Shown here in pieces: positions 1-13,978 of a stretch of 64,000 nt of DNA; position 1 is the first letter of the stretch, and each line of letters opens with the position of its first letter. Under the pieces are notes generated by a model. The model had not been told where the DNA came from, did not search any database, and worked only from the letters and a program-made list of their open reading frames with translations. Source of the DNA: Adineta vaga (lineage: Eukaryota; Animalia; Rotifera); the NCBI GenBank assembly GCA_021613535.1, contig CP075497.1, positions 3,720,001 to 3,784,000 on the forward strand. Reading direction: 5' to 3'. The position numbers and the translations under genes are program-made.

Positions 1-984
1 GTAGTTTGTCATCGTTTGTTCTCTGGGTGTGTTTTTCTTTCATCGCTATGATAATACGAAAAATACTTTTGGGTAATATTGTGATAAAATCATTTGAGAA
101 TGACAAGTAGAAATTGGCAAATAGTGTTGATAGGCTCGTTTGCTGCCTTCTATAATCATATCTTTTCTTTCCCTCGATTATCTAACTTTGATAGAACAAT
201 GGAAAGCAAATGAGTTTGGATTAAAGACGGTACTATTATGAAAGAGATCGATTTGTGTTGATTTGTCGAAAGAAGGTCGAAATGATACAAACGGAATAGA
301 ATGTAATCAATCATGCCAAGAGAAATCGTTGACATTAGATTCTTTTGTATAGTAGGTAAGAGATTTATTGTCTTGAAAATCATGTCTACAAAACATAAGG
401 CAATGAAAGGAAAAGTTCGAGTAATAATCATATATAATGATGATTGATGAAGAACCATTTCTGATCATACTATGACTTCTAATATTCGGTAATGAAGAGA
501 CATGTTTTAACGTTCTAATCTTTTCCTCATATTCTTCGATTTATTCTCGACATTTTATGAAAACTATCTGTAACAATAGTCGAATAACAGATCTTTAAGA
601 CTGCGTACCCGATAGACAAATGATCTTGGGTGGCTCTTTTATTTTCTGGATAAAATCTTTCTTGATCTATATTATTAGTAAGTTCTCTAATTAACTATAT
701 TCATTGTTTAGTGTGACTTTGCACGATATAATAAAGAGATATATTTAGAAGATATGAGCATCTGGTAAATATCTTTTCGACGAAGAAGTACAATTATTTT
801 TCTCTATCAGACATGAGTTGTTGTTTCCGAATAAGATAAAATAAAAAAAGTAAGAGCTCTTGTTTTTGTCAAGTTTGTATTAAGAAAATTGATAAAATGA
901 ACTTGTTCTCTTTCTATCGCTCTATCACAAGACGACGATGAGCTCTTTGATGCAAATAGTTCGAATAGAAAGAGAGAGAGAGGA

Positions 985-1020
985 GGAAGAAGAAGAAGAA
1001 GAAGAAGAAGAAGAAGAAGA
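985..1020 (+). repeat. (GAA)n microsatellite upstream of GPCR
   Basis: Perfect gaagaagaa run within a purine-rich stretch; it explains the poly-Leu of the spurious minus-strand ORF 807..1148. Confidence 0.9.
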
Positions 1021-1282
1021 GAAAAGAAAAGGAGAATGAGAAATAGAAAAGAACCGTTTCTCAATGTGGACGATACGCATAGATGAGGAAAACCATCTGA
1101 AATGTCAAAAACATCAAGCTCATCGGAGAGATCTGTCGAAAGTTTCATCTTTCTTTTTATTATCGATTCAAATTATCTAGATAGACATTATCATTATTAA
1201 TCAGATCATAAATAAAAAAGGGCAATAAAACAAATGTTTTTTTTCCCTTTATAGAATTCATTCGATTACGTTTCACGAAAAT

Positions 1283-3057
1283 ATGACAATTTTCTATCGA
1301 GTAATAACATTATTACTTTTTCTTTCTGTCTATATTATTGGTCTTATTGGTAATGGTCTATTAATTTGTAAGTTTTAATTCATTATTGTTTATGACAATA
1401 TTTTTCTTTTCATTTTAGTTATTGTATTTCGACAAAAAAATCTTCGTACAGTTCCCAATTTACTTGTAGTTAGTTTAGCACTTGGCGATTTCTTATTTGT
1501 CTTATTTTGTGTACCATTTGGAGCTGTCGCTTATTCTTTAGAATATTATCCATTTTCAACATTTTATTGTCGTTTTGAAAATTTCATTATTAATCTTTCA
1601 TTAGGTGTTTCTGTCTTTTCATTATTAGCATTAAGTGCTGATCGATATAAAATCATTGTTAAACCATTCTCTAGTCATGCAAATGATCCATCAATTAAAC
1701 TAAAAACAGTTGTTATATCGATTTGGCTTTTATCAATGATTCTTGCTATACCCGAAACAATTTATAGTGGTAAGTTTTCTTTTTTTGTATATGCGTGTGT
1801 AAAGACAAAGGATTGGTCAAGTATATGTCATACACTTGAGTTTAATTGGAAAAAAGAATTGAATATATTGTTGTCGATTTGTATTTTTGAGGTCTTATAA
1901 CAGAAACATTTCTTCAAGCAAATAACAAAACAATTGAATTAAGTTATTGTTGGAGTCCAAATCAAAGTGATTTACTTTCTAATCGTACATTTATGATTGG
2001 TCGACAAATTATACGTGTTATTATTTATTATATTATGCCGTTGATCTTTGTTTCCGTCTTCTATATTCTTATTGCCAAACATTTATTTCAAACAAAACAT
2101 GTTATTTTATCACAAAAGACAACACAACCATTTCTTAATGAAATCACTAAAACAAAACGAGGATTTCCACAAGAAAAAATCTCAAAACGAACATCGAATA
2201 ATACAATTATATATAATAGTAATATTCAAGAACAACAAAGACAAAATGAATTAAATAATACTTATAAAAAGAAAACATCTACACGTTCATCACCACTTGA
2301 CAGTGATGATCTTAAGAATACTCAAAATTCCTCATCATCATCATCAACAGTTACAAATAATATCCGACGGAATCGTGATCATTCGTTAGGAAATTCTACA
2401 ATAAATAATAATACCAATATGATTATTCATACGTTATATCAAGATGTTAAATCTCGAAAACAATTACGTGCACGACATAAAGTAGCTAAAACTGTTCTAT
2501 TTTTATGTAGCGTCTTTTTTATATGTTGGTTACCAAAACAAATTCATGATTTATATTGGTAAGTAGAATAAAATATCAAAAATAAAAACAAACATTTCTT
2601 ATGCAATAGGTTTATTGGTGTCATTGTTTATTCATCACGTTGGAATTATTATTGGCAATTTAATAAAACATTAGCACTTATTTTTTCCTATACTTATTCA
2701 TGTATTAATCCATTTGCACTTTATTTTCTTTCGTCAACATTCCGTCATTTCTATAAACGTTATCTATGTTTTTGGTCGAATGCACCTTGTTGTTCAACAA
2801 AATGTCGTCTTGATGATAATATGCAACGACGTCGAACAGGTGAAATAGGGGCAGTTAGTGATTATCAACATCGTTCATCAGCACATAATGTTACTGGAGT
2901 ATATTATGATTTAAATCGAACAAGAAATTCAACATTATATCAATCACAACAAAGTCCTATAAGAATGCATCGTTATATGATTTCAGATGGAATATCAAGT
3001 GAAAGTGGAATACATCCAACTGATACAGTTAGTCAACAACCAACATCGTCAAATTAA
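1283..3057 (+). CDS. Class A neuropeptide GPCR, bombesin/CCHamide/endothelin receptor-like (spliced, ~4 exons; 5' end may extend upstream)
   Basis: Spliced translation gives TM1 IIGLIGNGLLI, RTVPNLLVVSLALGDF (TM2), LSLGVSVFSLLALSADRY (TM3, typical of the bombesin group), IYYIMPLIFV (TM5), long ICL3, FFICWLP (TM6) and YSCINPFALYFLS (TM7). GT-AG introns at ~1368-1418, ~1769-1891 and ~2559-2610. Confidence 0.85.
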
Positions 3058-5074
3058 TCAATTCGTTTTTCTATTGATCATATACCGGTGATTAGATGAC
3101 AACATCTGTTTTCATTTAGAATCATCATCGTGCATACATCTCTCTCTCTTTATATATATATATTTATTTGTGTGTTTTTATGTATATTTGTTTTGCTTTA
3201 TTTTGTTGTCTATTGGTTAAGTGCTAATATACATTGCCTGAAATATAGATGTAGAATAATACTCAAGATGATATCATCTGAGTTTTGTCATATGTCATAT
3301 TGAATGAAGAATTTCGAAATGAAATTATTTATAGAATAAATTAACAAAACACATATCTGTAAATGGAACGATAGATCATAGATAATTCTTATAACGGATG
3401 TTACTATTTAATAATTGATGTTTTCTTATTTACAATCTGCAATTAATTTAATAATAGTAATTTATTCAATCAAATTAGATACGATTCAGTTATGGAGTGA
3501 TAATAATTCAACACATGTACTTATCAATTCGATAAAAGTACATTCGTTGACAGAGTGTCATATGAAATTACTAGGAAAAAGCATAGAATTATCTTGAAAT
3601 GCAAAATAACGGATATTTTTCAAAGTAAAAAAGCGAGAAAGTGTTAGATATAAAGATTCATCATATGTTGCATTTTATTTCCATTAGAGCACCGACAAAG
3701 TAAAAAGCCTTCCGAGAAGTAAATTTCTAGTCTTTCATTTAATTATTTTCTTCGTTTCCTTTTGTCGTACGTTTTTTTCTCATCGTGCTGTGAACATTGC
3801 GTGAGACTTATCATCCATCAATATCATAAGCTGATTTTCAGATAAAGAACACTCTCGGAATTTTTGTTTAAAGTATTATATTGGTATATTCAACATTAAC
3901 AATTAACGAATAGACAATAGATGTGTACTAAGTCATGAAATTTCCTTTAGGACAAATTCTTAATCTACATTCATTTCAATTGCCTCATTTCTCTTGTGGA
4001 AAGTGACAAAAAGACATCAGTGAAGACTCAAATATGTAATTATGTTCTTTTTCATTCCAAAAAAACAAAATAACAAGACAATTATTTTGTTGGAGAAGTA
4101 CATTGAAAAGTTGATGCCTCGTAAAAACTTTTATTTGATATAATAAGTACTTTTGTGGTGTGATAAATTAAGAAAACAATATCATTTGAATATTTACGTG
4201 TTGCACAACTATCGTTTAATTTTGTTTTTAGCTTCAAAGATAAAAGAGAAACTGAATTTATACTCATTAATATCAAGTCATGATTTATATTATGCAACAG
4301 GATGAAAGAGATTTCTATATATTAACACACGCATATAGATCGTGTACGCTCCAAAACAACTCATTAGGTGAGTATCTTAATTGGATAATATCATGATTAT
4401 TGTGCTGTTTTCTATTGATATATTAGTATAATAATACATTAAATATACTGACACATATAATATTGAATAGATCAATATGAAAGTCTCATTTTAGTCTCTA
4501 ATTGCATAGTTGTTTTACAATAAAGATGATCATTTGGTTTCTATCGACATCTGTATCTTATCACTAAAAAAGATTTCTAATCTATTTATCAGTATTAAAC
4601 GATAATAATGATTGGACATAGTTTGTTATGTTACATATGATATCTCTAATGAAAAAGATAAACTGTTTAAAAGATAATTTTCTTGAAATCCTACGTTTCG
4701 AAATTGAAAGCTTTATTTTCAAATAAATACAGCAATTTTATCTGTTGATACTAATACAATTATTGAAAAATTAGAATAATCTAATCATCTGAAGAATTAA
4801 TAAATTGAATTTGAGATTTCCAAAATCAATATCAAATAGAATTACCAATTAGTTATATCTAGATGATTCGACAAATATCATTTCATATAACTATTATCTG
4901 CTGAGATTTGATAATAAATATACTTCCTATGTAATGACATATAGACGTATCGCTTTATAGAAGATAGTATCAAAGATTACACATTTGTTTCAATCTTTCT
5001 ATCTCAAATAAATGACTAATAATATGAAAATACTAGAGCGCGAAATTTCTATAGTTTTGTCTTTCTAAAACTCA

Positions 5075-6400
5075 ATGTCGAAAGGTGATATGATCACAAT
5101 GAATGATAATATAGATGAAATCTATCAAAAATTACGTCAACGTTCAGTTTTATTAGCTTCTATTATGACACTATTACTTCCTATCCTATTATTTTTCTTT
5201 AATATTGCTTTGTACGATGAAACGTCCTATCATCGATTCATTTTATCATTTGAATGATATGTTCGTGGTCGATCTAGATTGTTTCGCTATTGTTCTTGGT
5301 TGGATACTCATTCAAGTTAGTATCAATGAGAAATAATGATTGATTCTTTAAAGTCGTTTCAGGGTTTTCTGTTTTTATCCATTAAAAAGCAAGATTATCA
5401 AAGTTCTGAGATCGTCTCTTGTCGTTGGAATGGAATGATTACTTTGATCTGTTCTCTAAGTGGAGTTTATCTATTAAATTGGTTGAATATCATTCGTGGA
5501 TCATATATTTATGATAATATTCATAAAATTTTAATTGCTTCAGTGATTACTTCGTTTTTCATTAGTTTTTTGTTATTTATCAGAGGTAATGAAACTCGTT
5601 GTTTGAAACAAATCCATCCTATAATCGCCTTTTTCTATGGCACTGATATCAATTTCACGGTGGCTGGTATTAATTTAAAATTCTTCTTAGAATTTCGAGT
5701 CAGTTTAATCGGATGGATTTGTTTCAATCTTTGCTTTTTTCTTAAAACCATGGAATTATATACATATCGTCGGCCACCTGCTTTTGTTCTTGTATTTATT
5801 CAACAGATCTTTCAAGGTTTTCAATTAATTTGGAATGATGATACTCGTCTTCAAGACAATGAGATGAAAAGAGATACTATCGGATTTTTACGTGTATTTG
5901 GTTCTCTTTGTTGGTTTCCTTTTCTTTGGTAAATGAAAACTTTCTTTTTAAAGTTTATCAAGTACATACACTCTTCTTTAAATCAGGTGTTTGCCTTGTC
6001 AATACTTAACACTTGTCAATTATCCAATCAAACGATTATATATGATTGGATCGGTTGTATTTTTTCTCATTGGTATGTTCATATATCGTAGTATGCGTAA
6101 TCAACAAGAAATCTTCGCACAATCACGTAAAAAGAATATTAAATCAATGGCCTATAATGATGGATTTCTTTCATTGATATCGAGCTATTCGTCTCTATGT
6201 CAACATCCATTTTATCTTGGTTTGTCTAATTGATTGTTTCAACAATGACTTATTCTTTTGTGTTCTATTTAGGAAATCTCCTTATACTTATCTCTTGGTC
6301 ATTGCCTTGTGGTTCAATGCCTATTCCATGGATATTACCTACATACTATCTACTTGTTATTTATCATAGAATTTATCATGAAGATTTGATTTCTCATTAA
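5075..6400 (+). pseudogene. Divergent ERG4/ERG24-family sterol reductase (LBR/TM7SF2/DHCR7-like) with a +1 frameshift and short C-terminus
   Basis: Motifs LGWILIQ, INLKFFLEFRVSLIGW, DTIGFLRVFGSLCWFPFLW and CQHPFYLGNLL..SWSLPCG. Removing one T at 5209-5211 restores a continuous frame (NIACTMKRP...LGWILIQ|GFLFL). The ORF stops at 6398-6400 after HRIYHED, before the usual C..KYG..W..Y..VPY tail. Confidence 0.7.
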
Positions 6401-8353
6401 AAAGATATTTTCGAAGAGCCGCTTACAAAGTATTCCATCAAAAGAAAAGAAAAACATTTTAAATCAAAGTCTATACATGGATAAGCGTTTCTCAAGGGAT
6501 AGATAATGAAAGTCATCTATTGACAATAGTGTATTGTTCTCATGATTATACAACGACATTGTTTTTTGTCTGAAAACATCAGATAACGAAGAAAAACATC
6601 ATGATTATCCTTTACATTGTTTCTCAAGCATAATCGATCAAATAACATACGACTGGAGTACAAAATATTGTCAGAAAAAAGTAACAGATGCTTATTAATA
6701 TCTAAAAATCATCTGTAGATATATGTAATGTATCTATTCTTGTCTTCTTTCACTACGCAAAAAAGATTTCCAATAAAACAGTTGCATTGATAGAAACTAA
6801 TGTTCGATTTCTATTTTCTTTTTGTCGTGTTTATTTATAACTCTTTAAGTGACAGTCTTTAGAAAAACAACAGAAATCTTCGCAAATGAATATATAATAT
6901 ATAATATATATATTGTCAGTTGTTTTTCTACAATCAACTATCAGACATTTTTCACATATGCGAAATAACATCAAGCTGTGACTGTCGACGAAGTTTTAAA
7001 GTATTGAGTAGCATTTCTTATCTCTTCACATCGTTTATCATAAGTACTCTTTTATATGAAACTTACATTGGGAGGGTTTTGTATTGCAGTGGTCTGGACA
7101 GTTTAGAGTTCTTTCTTTGATTTTGTTTTGTTTATGTTTGAGAAAAAGAAAGAGAAGTAAGAGAATATGATATAGACAGTAGAAGAAGAAGAAAAAGAAA
7201 CGAAGCAAATTCAATCAGGAAACATAACAAGAGAGAGAGAGAAGATTTCTCATCAAAGCTGTTTCTACCGATAATGACAACGGCATTACGATCAACAAGA
7301 AGTATATTTTGTTATTTGATGTATTCTTATTAATAATAACAACAAACGCGCGAAAGATAGAAAGAGAAAATGAGAGAATAATAACGATATAAGTTCGTCA
7401 TTAGAGTGTGACATAGTCTAATAGTGTTGAATCAAGTACAACACTCTAATAATTTCGATTAGATACGTATTTGGTGTTATTTTTCTGTCATCATCGACAA
7501 CAATAGTAATCTGTCATCAGTCTTCTTTCGTCTCTTCTTTATATTCTTCAATATCTATATTGCAAAACAAACTTGAATTGCCAGTGAATTCCCTTGTTGT
7601 CGGGGATTAATACCATTGAGTGTCGATTCTTCATTCAACAAATCGAAGTCGTAAGAAGAAGAAAAAGAACCGAACTAAATTATCTATTTCTGCTTTTCTT
7701 TCTATTTTTGTAATTCAATATAAAAACCATCGAGATAATAAAAGAATTTCTCGTAAGAAAAAAAAAAGAACGTCAAATGCATTCATCAATGTCATATATC
7801 GTTGTGTATGCATACGTGTATCGAAATAATCAAAAGTAAAACTACAATTAGTAATTTTTCTCTTTTTTCTTTTTTGTTAATTTCATATTTTATTAACATT
7901 TTAAGAGCAGATTCTTCTTTTTCTTCACCTGCTTTTTTTGTCATTCAGTCATTTGACTTGCTTTCATTAACATATTTATTAGACAAAAGGAAACCATCGA
8001 CACGAGAGTTGTTCCTATCTCCAGAGATTTACTTAACCTTCTTCTTTGTATGCATGTATATAAATAGCTACTGAGCTCATCTTCGCACTACGCACAGAAC
8101 TAAAACGATCATTATTCTTGAATTAATCGACCGGAATAGAAATATAGGTTATCATGTACATACTCTCTTCTTCTACTTCTTCTTCTCCTCTGTGTTGCCA
8201 TTTCTTTCTTTCGAAGGCAACTAACATTTTGTAGCTTGCACATTATTTGACGCTATTCTCTCTTTTTTTTCTGTCGGTCTTACCTAATGAGGCTTTTCCA
8301 TGTTCTCGTTGATCTATCTTCTAGCTTTTATTTGTAGAAACATAAAGAACAGA

Positions 8354-9700
8354 ATGACAGCAACGTGTACATTGAAAGAATACGAATTACTCGATGGTAC
8401 ATCAACACAAAAGTTATTTATCCATGTAACACCAGCTATAATTGGTATTGGTTTACTTGGAAACATTCTTACCATGTGTGTTTTTATTATCACAGATCTA
8501 AAAAGACAATCAGTATCAATTTTAACAATTGCATTAGCTATCGTTGATTCTTTAGTTCTTCTTATACCCGTTTCACTTTTATGGTTAGAAACTTTATTGA
8601 AACGAGAATTAACAGATGCATCACCATTTTGGTGTCGTACACATGGTAAAGTCTTGAAATAAACATAGAATTAAAAGCAAACATTTCTTTTCATTAGGAT
8701 TTTTTGATTTAACATTTACATGTTGTTCAAGTTGGTTAATGGTTTGTATTGCATTTGAACGTTTTTGTGCAGTGTGGTTACCGCATCATAATAAAGTATT
8801 ATTTACTCATCGAAAAATCTTTTTTCTTGTTCTATCAATCTTATTCATATCAACAATGTTATCCACTTGGTTTATTTTTGTTGTTAAAATGGTTACAAAA
8901 ACACGAACACCTAATTTTACTTATACATCATCATCCATATTTCGAAGTTCTTTAAAGTTTGTAGATTTTCTTATTTTTATACCATTCATTTATCAACTAT
9001 TTTCTTTCTTTCTCTCTCTCGTTAAATTAGGAATATTACAGAAAGTTTTCATTTTTGGCAATCTTGGCAACCATTATCCGACAATTCAACTTCACTATAT
9101 TACGCTAAATGTGGTGTTAATAATGATAGTCTTTACGATTCAATGGGAATGGTTTCAGTCGTTATCAACTATTTTCTTCCTTTTCTTTTTGTTTTTTTAT
9201 TAAATTCAACAGTTATTTATCGTTTATGTCGACGTGGTATCGTAGAATTAACTTCGTCAATAACAGTTACATTAACACTTGTTTGTCTTGTTCATCTTTT
9301 ATGTACATTACCATTTCAATGTTGGTGGATTTATTATGAAGTTCCTGATCAAACCGGTGATTGTTCATGGTTAAAAAAGAAATTAACCTGGCGTACAATA
9401 ACATTTACAATACGAAATATAAATTATATGGCAAATTTTTTTCTTTATTCTTGTTCATCGAAATTATTTCGTGATGAATTAAAAGGCTTAATACTTCTTT
9501 GTTTATTACCACATGAAAAATATCAAAGTTATCATTATCGAAGACAATCTTTATATGATAATATGCAACAACAAAATGTTTCACTCATTCGTTTAATTAT
9601 GAGAAGGTTAAGTCGAACACCTGATTATACAAATGGTGGAGTGATTGTTAATCCAATTGGAATGGCTGAACATGAAAATGGTCCTGTTGCTAATCTTTAA
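8354..9700 (+). CDS. Class A peptide-type GPCR (FMRFamide/myosuppressin-receptor-like orphan), 3 exons
   Basis: IGIGLLGNILT (TM1), LAIVDSLVL (TM2), FWCR, SSWLMVCIAFERFCAVWLP (ERF variant of DRY), NYFLPF (TM5), LLCTLP (TM6), INYMANFFLY (TM7). Introns at ~8646-8697 and ~8959-9030. Confidence 0.8.
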
Positions 9701-10479
9701 AATAAAACGAAAGAAAAAATTGTTAACACGCTATATACATTCCTGATTTGTATGCACATATTAATTAATAGAAAATAAATTTACATGTCTAGTTTCCTTT
9801 TCTTTTTCAGTTAGAGAAAAGAGGATTACTCTATGCGCGTTTGATCTGATCATTTTAGTTCAATGACCTATTTTATTATTGACTTGCAATTATTCAATGA
9901 ATTTCAAATAGTAATGGAGAGCCTAAAGGAATCTAATTATAGATTGAGTAATTCGATGAGAAAACCATTTCTGGTCTGAGTAGAAAAAAAATAGACACAT
10001 CCTTGTTTTCTGCTTGTAATCTGATTTGTTTGAAAGGGTCAATAAATTGAAAAGTACTTTTGTTAGCTTCATCTCGTACATAATAAACGCGAGTTATTGT
10101 CATCAGAATATGATATATCGATTAATTGACTTTAGATGAGATTCATCTTTGAGATGGAAAATTTATGATAAACAATGGCAATTGTAATATTTATATGACT
10201 ATCTTACTTCTCCTCTCCAGTATATACATTGAATTGTCGGCTGAGAGGGATTTACTAAAAATATACCTTGTTATTGATCTATTTCATTTTACACTTGAGC
10301 ACGTCTGTTTGTTGAAAAAAAGAACATCATTTATAATACATTAAATAAATCTCCTTTCTACCTACGTTATAATTATATTCGTTCTCAAATTCAAAACTTC
10401 ATAGTCTTGTTACTTTAATTACTAGTTATATGAATTTATCTAATAACGAAAAGAATTCTTCGTTTGATTTCTTTTTTCA

Positions 10480-10860
10480 TTGAACCAAATCAAAACATAT
10501 TTAGAGTCTACAACTGAAATAAATTTGCTTGCAATTAATTGACTCTAAATTGTCTAAATTGGAAAAATGATTTTATTAGGTATACTATCACTATGTCTAG
10601 AAAGTTCCACTTTTTAAAATCTTTCACTGAACACTTAGAGCTTAATCTTTTTGTTTCAATAAGTAACGACTATTATGTCCACAAAACGGATGCATTTCTA
10701 AAACTTATTTCACAATTAAAACGAGCAATAACCATCCCAAAGTCATCGGCAATCTGTGAAAGATCATTTTAACAAATGAAGTTGATCAAGACTATAATTA
10801 GAAACGGAATAATCGACGATCGTTTCAGTGATATTGAACTCAATTTTTGATCACCTTATT
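10480..10860 (+). mobile_element. Degenerate hAT transposase C-terminal dimerisation-domain remnant (ZMYM1/hAT-like)
   Basis: LKRAITIPKSSAICERSF*QMKLIKTIIRNGIIDDRFSDI matches the hAT motif P.SSA.CERSFS.MK.IK..LR.....RL. In-frame stop at 10770-10772; no TIRs recognised. Confidence 0.75.
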
Positions 10861-11301
10861 GACACTTGCTTAACAAAACAAAAGTCTCTTGTGAAAAGAA
10901 AAAGATTTTTATCTGTTCTTTGAGTATGGAAAGGTTTTGCTTGAAATAAAATATAGCAATAATAAAGTTAAAAATATCGTTCTCATTTTAGAATGAATAT
11001 TGTTATTTTGACACGTTGTATATAATTTTGTACCTAGCGAAGTTTATGAAACAAACTTCAATTACTTATCAAAGTGTTTTTCTTTTATTTATTTATTGTG
11101 GATACTCAATCGAATTTGTTCAAAACAAAATCGTATCAAAAATGATAGCAAACAATTTTAACCTAGTTTCTTAGAGAACGTTGTCGATAGCTTTTACTTA
11201 TAAAACGCTGTTTAACTGAAAAAGTTCAACAGTACAATTGACGAGCTTCTCTTTCATAGAACAGATGAAGAAAAAAAGATTTTATTTTGTTGTTAATTTA
11301 G

Positions 11302-11741
11302 TTATGTCTTCATCATTAGTGGATGCAAAAGTGAATTGGAAGAACATTTTCAGTGTTTATTGATCTCGATTCGTGAGAAAACTCGACAGGAAAAAGGAGA
11401 TAAATCAGATTCATCGGACTTACAGGTAATGCATAATTTGGACATTACTGTCAAAGTTATCAATATTAATCGGTTAATTGAAGAATTAAAGAAATATGGA
11501 GAGAACAATCCGTATATCGACATTTTAATTACATACAAGCAGGAAGACGACAGTGATTGTTTGTTTATGCGACAATTAATTCATATTTTTGATCAAGTTA
11601 CGGGAAGAAAATCGTTCATATGTTCATGTTACTTTTTTATATAAATTTGAAAGTAACAATACAACTATACAATCAAGTGACTTATTACTACCTAGTGCAC
11701 AATTCTATGTTGACGATGATTTAGCGGAAAAATACAAACAA
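11302..11741 (+). pseudogene. Unidentified coding-like remnant (two overlapping frames)
   Basis: Globular-looking translation (YVFIISGCKSELEEHFQCLL... / YVHVTFLYKFES...FYVDDDLAEKYKQ) switches frame near 11600, follows a tttag acceptor and ends at a gttag donor-like site. No family recognised. Confidence 0.3.
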
Positions 11742-12234
11742 GTTAGCATTCGAACTTTTCTTATCTTGAGGGTTTTTCTTTCATTACCCACTATCACCCA
11801 CACCTTCACACGATATATACATACATACTGCATTTCTCATTCAGTCAATATTTATCTTTAAATACTAATCTGTTTCATACTATTTTAAGACGGTATATTT
11901 TTATGAGTCGCTTCTTCTCACTGCATATGCATTATGAGTTATTCTTTAGCCGGAACACAAACGAATCACCCATCATATATATACTGTGGGGTGACTATTT
12001 TTTCTTGCATAACACAGAGAAATTCGTTTTGTTGTTTTCAGTACAAACAAGTATAGTCGTGTAGGTCATTTCGAGCAATACATGTTCAACACAAACACCA
12101 ATTGTTCACCTCAATGCGGTGGGCGATACAGACCATTTCCCTTTTACAACAATGAGCAGAGTTTCTCTGTATGCGCGCGGTCACCTTTATTTCATAATTT
12201 TCTTTTTGATACAGAAAAACCAAAAAAATACAAG

Positions 12235-13978
12235 TTATAATTTCTTTTTTACATGTTCGAGATTTTCTCTATAGCTCTTGAGCTCGCGATGTCCTGAAGG
12301 AAGTGTTTGTTGTGCAATTTGTGAAGCACGCTCAAAAAATGAACAAGCTTTTGAATAATTATTCAGGTTGTAATACACCAAACCGATGTTGTTGTAAGAG
12401 GAAGCCAAATCAGGATGATTTGGAGGAAGTGATTGTTGTCGAATTGCAAGGGCCTTTTTATAATATGAAAGTACTTTTTGATAGTCACCCATGTTGGCAT
12501 ACACGGAACCGATGTTGTCGTAAATTGAAGCAAAACTCGGATGATTTGAAGGAAGTAATTGTTATGGAATTGTAAGGGCTTTTTCGTACAATCTGATTGA
12601 CTCTTCATACTCTCCTTGACAATCTTTAATCCGACCAATTTGATGATAAATCGTAGCCTTTGCATCCTCATTCGTTGTTTGATCAAGTATCATTTTATAA
12701 ATCTCTTCAGCCTTCTTAGTTTGGCCCAATTGAATTAGTACAAGACCCAATCTTACCCATCCCTCTGCGTCTGGAAAACTCTCTTCTCGTATGTACGAAG
12801 TTAGTGCACCTAAGTCTTGGTCATTATCACCGGTCAATTTCAAAATGACTTCGAAGAGTTTGTTATTTTCGTCCATTTGGTTGATACTATGAATTCTAAA
12901 CACGCTGTTCATTGAAAATAGCACTTCATCTTCACCCGGAATGGCACTCAGACCGCGAATTGATGCAAATGCTGTTTTTGATTGTTTTGGATCAATTATC
13001 ATTACGAAGAAGATACCCATCAGATCTGGATTGGTTGCTGCACTTTGTGCGTAACAAAGTGGAAGATCCTTTTCATTGCTAGTGGAGAGGAAGTTGTTAA
13101 AGGACATCAGCCCACCTTTCGCGTGCTTCAGTTGTTCAAAATCTGCCATGGATAATCCTTGTTCACGATATACTGTGAAGATTTCATCAACATGTTGTTC
13201 TTTGTGTACTTGTTCGATATGTCGATGTAGATCGTTGATAAAGAATCCCATTCATATCATAATATCACCATCTATCATTCGAATTGCACGATTGAGCATG
13301 CGGTAGAAGAAACACTCATAAGTATACCACCAGATAGGTGTTTTCTGATGATAGTTGTTGTTCAATAGTTTTACGTTCCAATTCTGGTTCATTATTAGCA
13401 AAAACGTCAGTACAATAATCCACATAATCGTTAATATGTAAATCATTGAAGTTAATGGTCAATAAAATTTCTCTGAGGATCTGGGTGTACATAAAAGAAG
13501 GATCTAGTTGATCCAACTTTTTGCCTGATGCTACAAAGCTGATGGAGACAGCATTCTGTTCACATCGTTGAGCTGCTTGTTTGAGAGCTACACAGATAGG
13601 TTCGATCTCCGTGAAAACTCCTTGGATTTTTGGCCATTGTCTCACCCATCCTTCATGTTGCTGTTTGTTGTCACACAGGATGAAGATGGAATTTACTTGA
13701 GATAGATCGTGTACGCAAGGTGCTATGTGCTGTACAAGTGAACCTGAAATAATCATGCATGCTTTACGATCTTCTATCGTTTCGATGAATTCAAAGCATT
13801 CATCACCATCTGTATAGATATTTACGTCGTTAACAACACGTCTTAATTGGGCAATTTTATTTTGCGAGTCTTCATTGTTGGCATCAATGTTGGCGTCTAA
13901 CCATATCAAAAGAACATTCTGGATCCTTTGTATATCGATACGTCGACGCTCACAAGTTTCTTTTGAAGTTCCACTCAT
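12235..13978 (-). pseudogene. Intronless receiver-like domain / R-S-E-type ADP-ribosyltransferase / TPR gene, disabled
   Basis: N-terminal NVLLIWLDAN...MIISGSL and LDPSFMYTQIL, PIWWYT..FFYRMLNRAIR; ART motifs VYR, FLSTS and EDEVLF; TPRs HPDLASSYNNIGLVY. One frameshift near 13375 and two in-frame stops: TGA at 13252-13254 (likely from CGA) and TAA at 12562-12564 (likely from CAA). Confidence 0.85.

Noticed and set aside
807-1148. 113-aa minus-strand ORF with a poly-Leu 'TM' segment
   Set aside because: Product of the (GAA)n repeat read antisense.
12556-12564. Premature stop in the ART-TPR gene reads TAA-CAA-TTA, the CARYYA leaky-readthrough context
   Set aside because: The neighbouring TPR reads CAA-CAA-TCA at the same position, so the context is inherited coding sequence. 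An upstream frameshift and TGA already disable the gene.
13252-13254. In-frame TGA as possible selenocysteine
   Set aside because: The position corresponds to a basic residue (CGA->TGA), not Cys; no SECIS recognised; the gene has other lesions.
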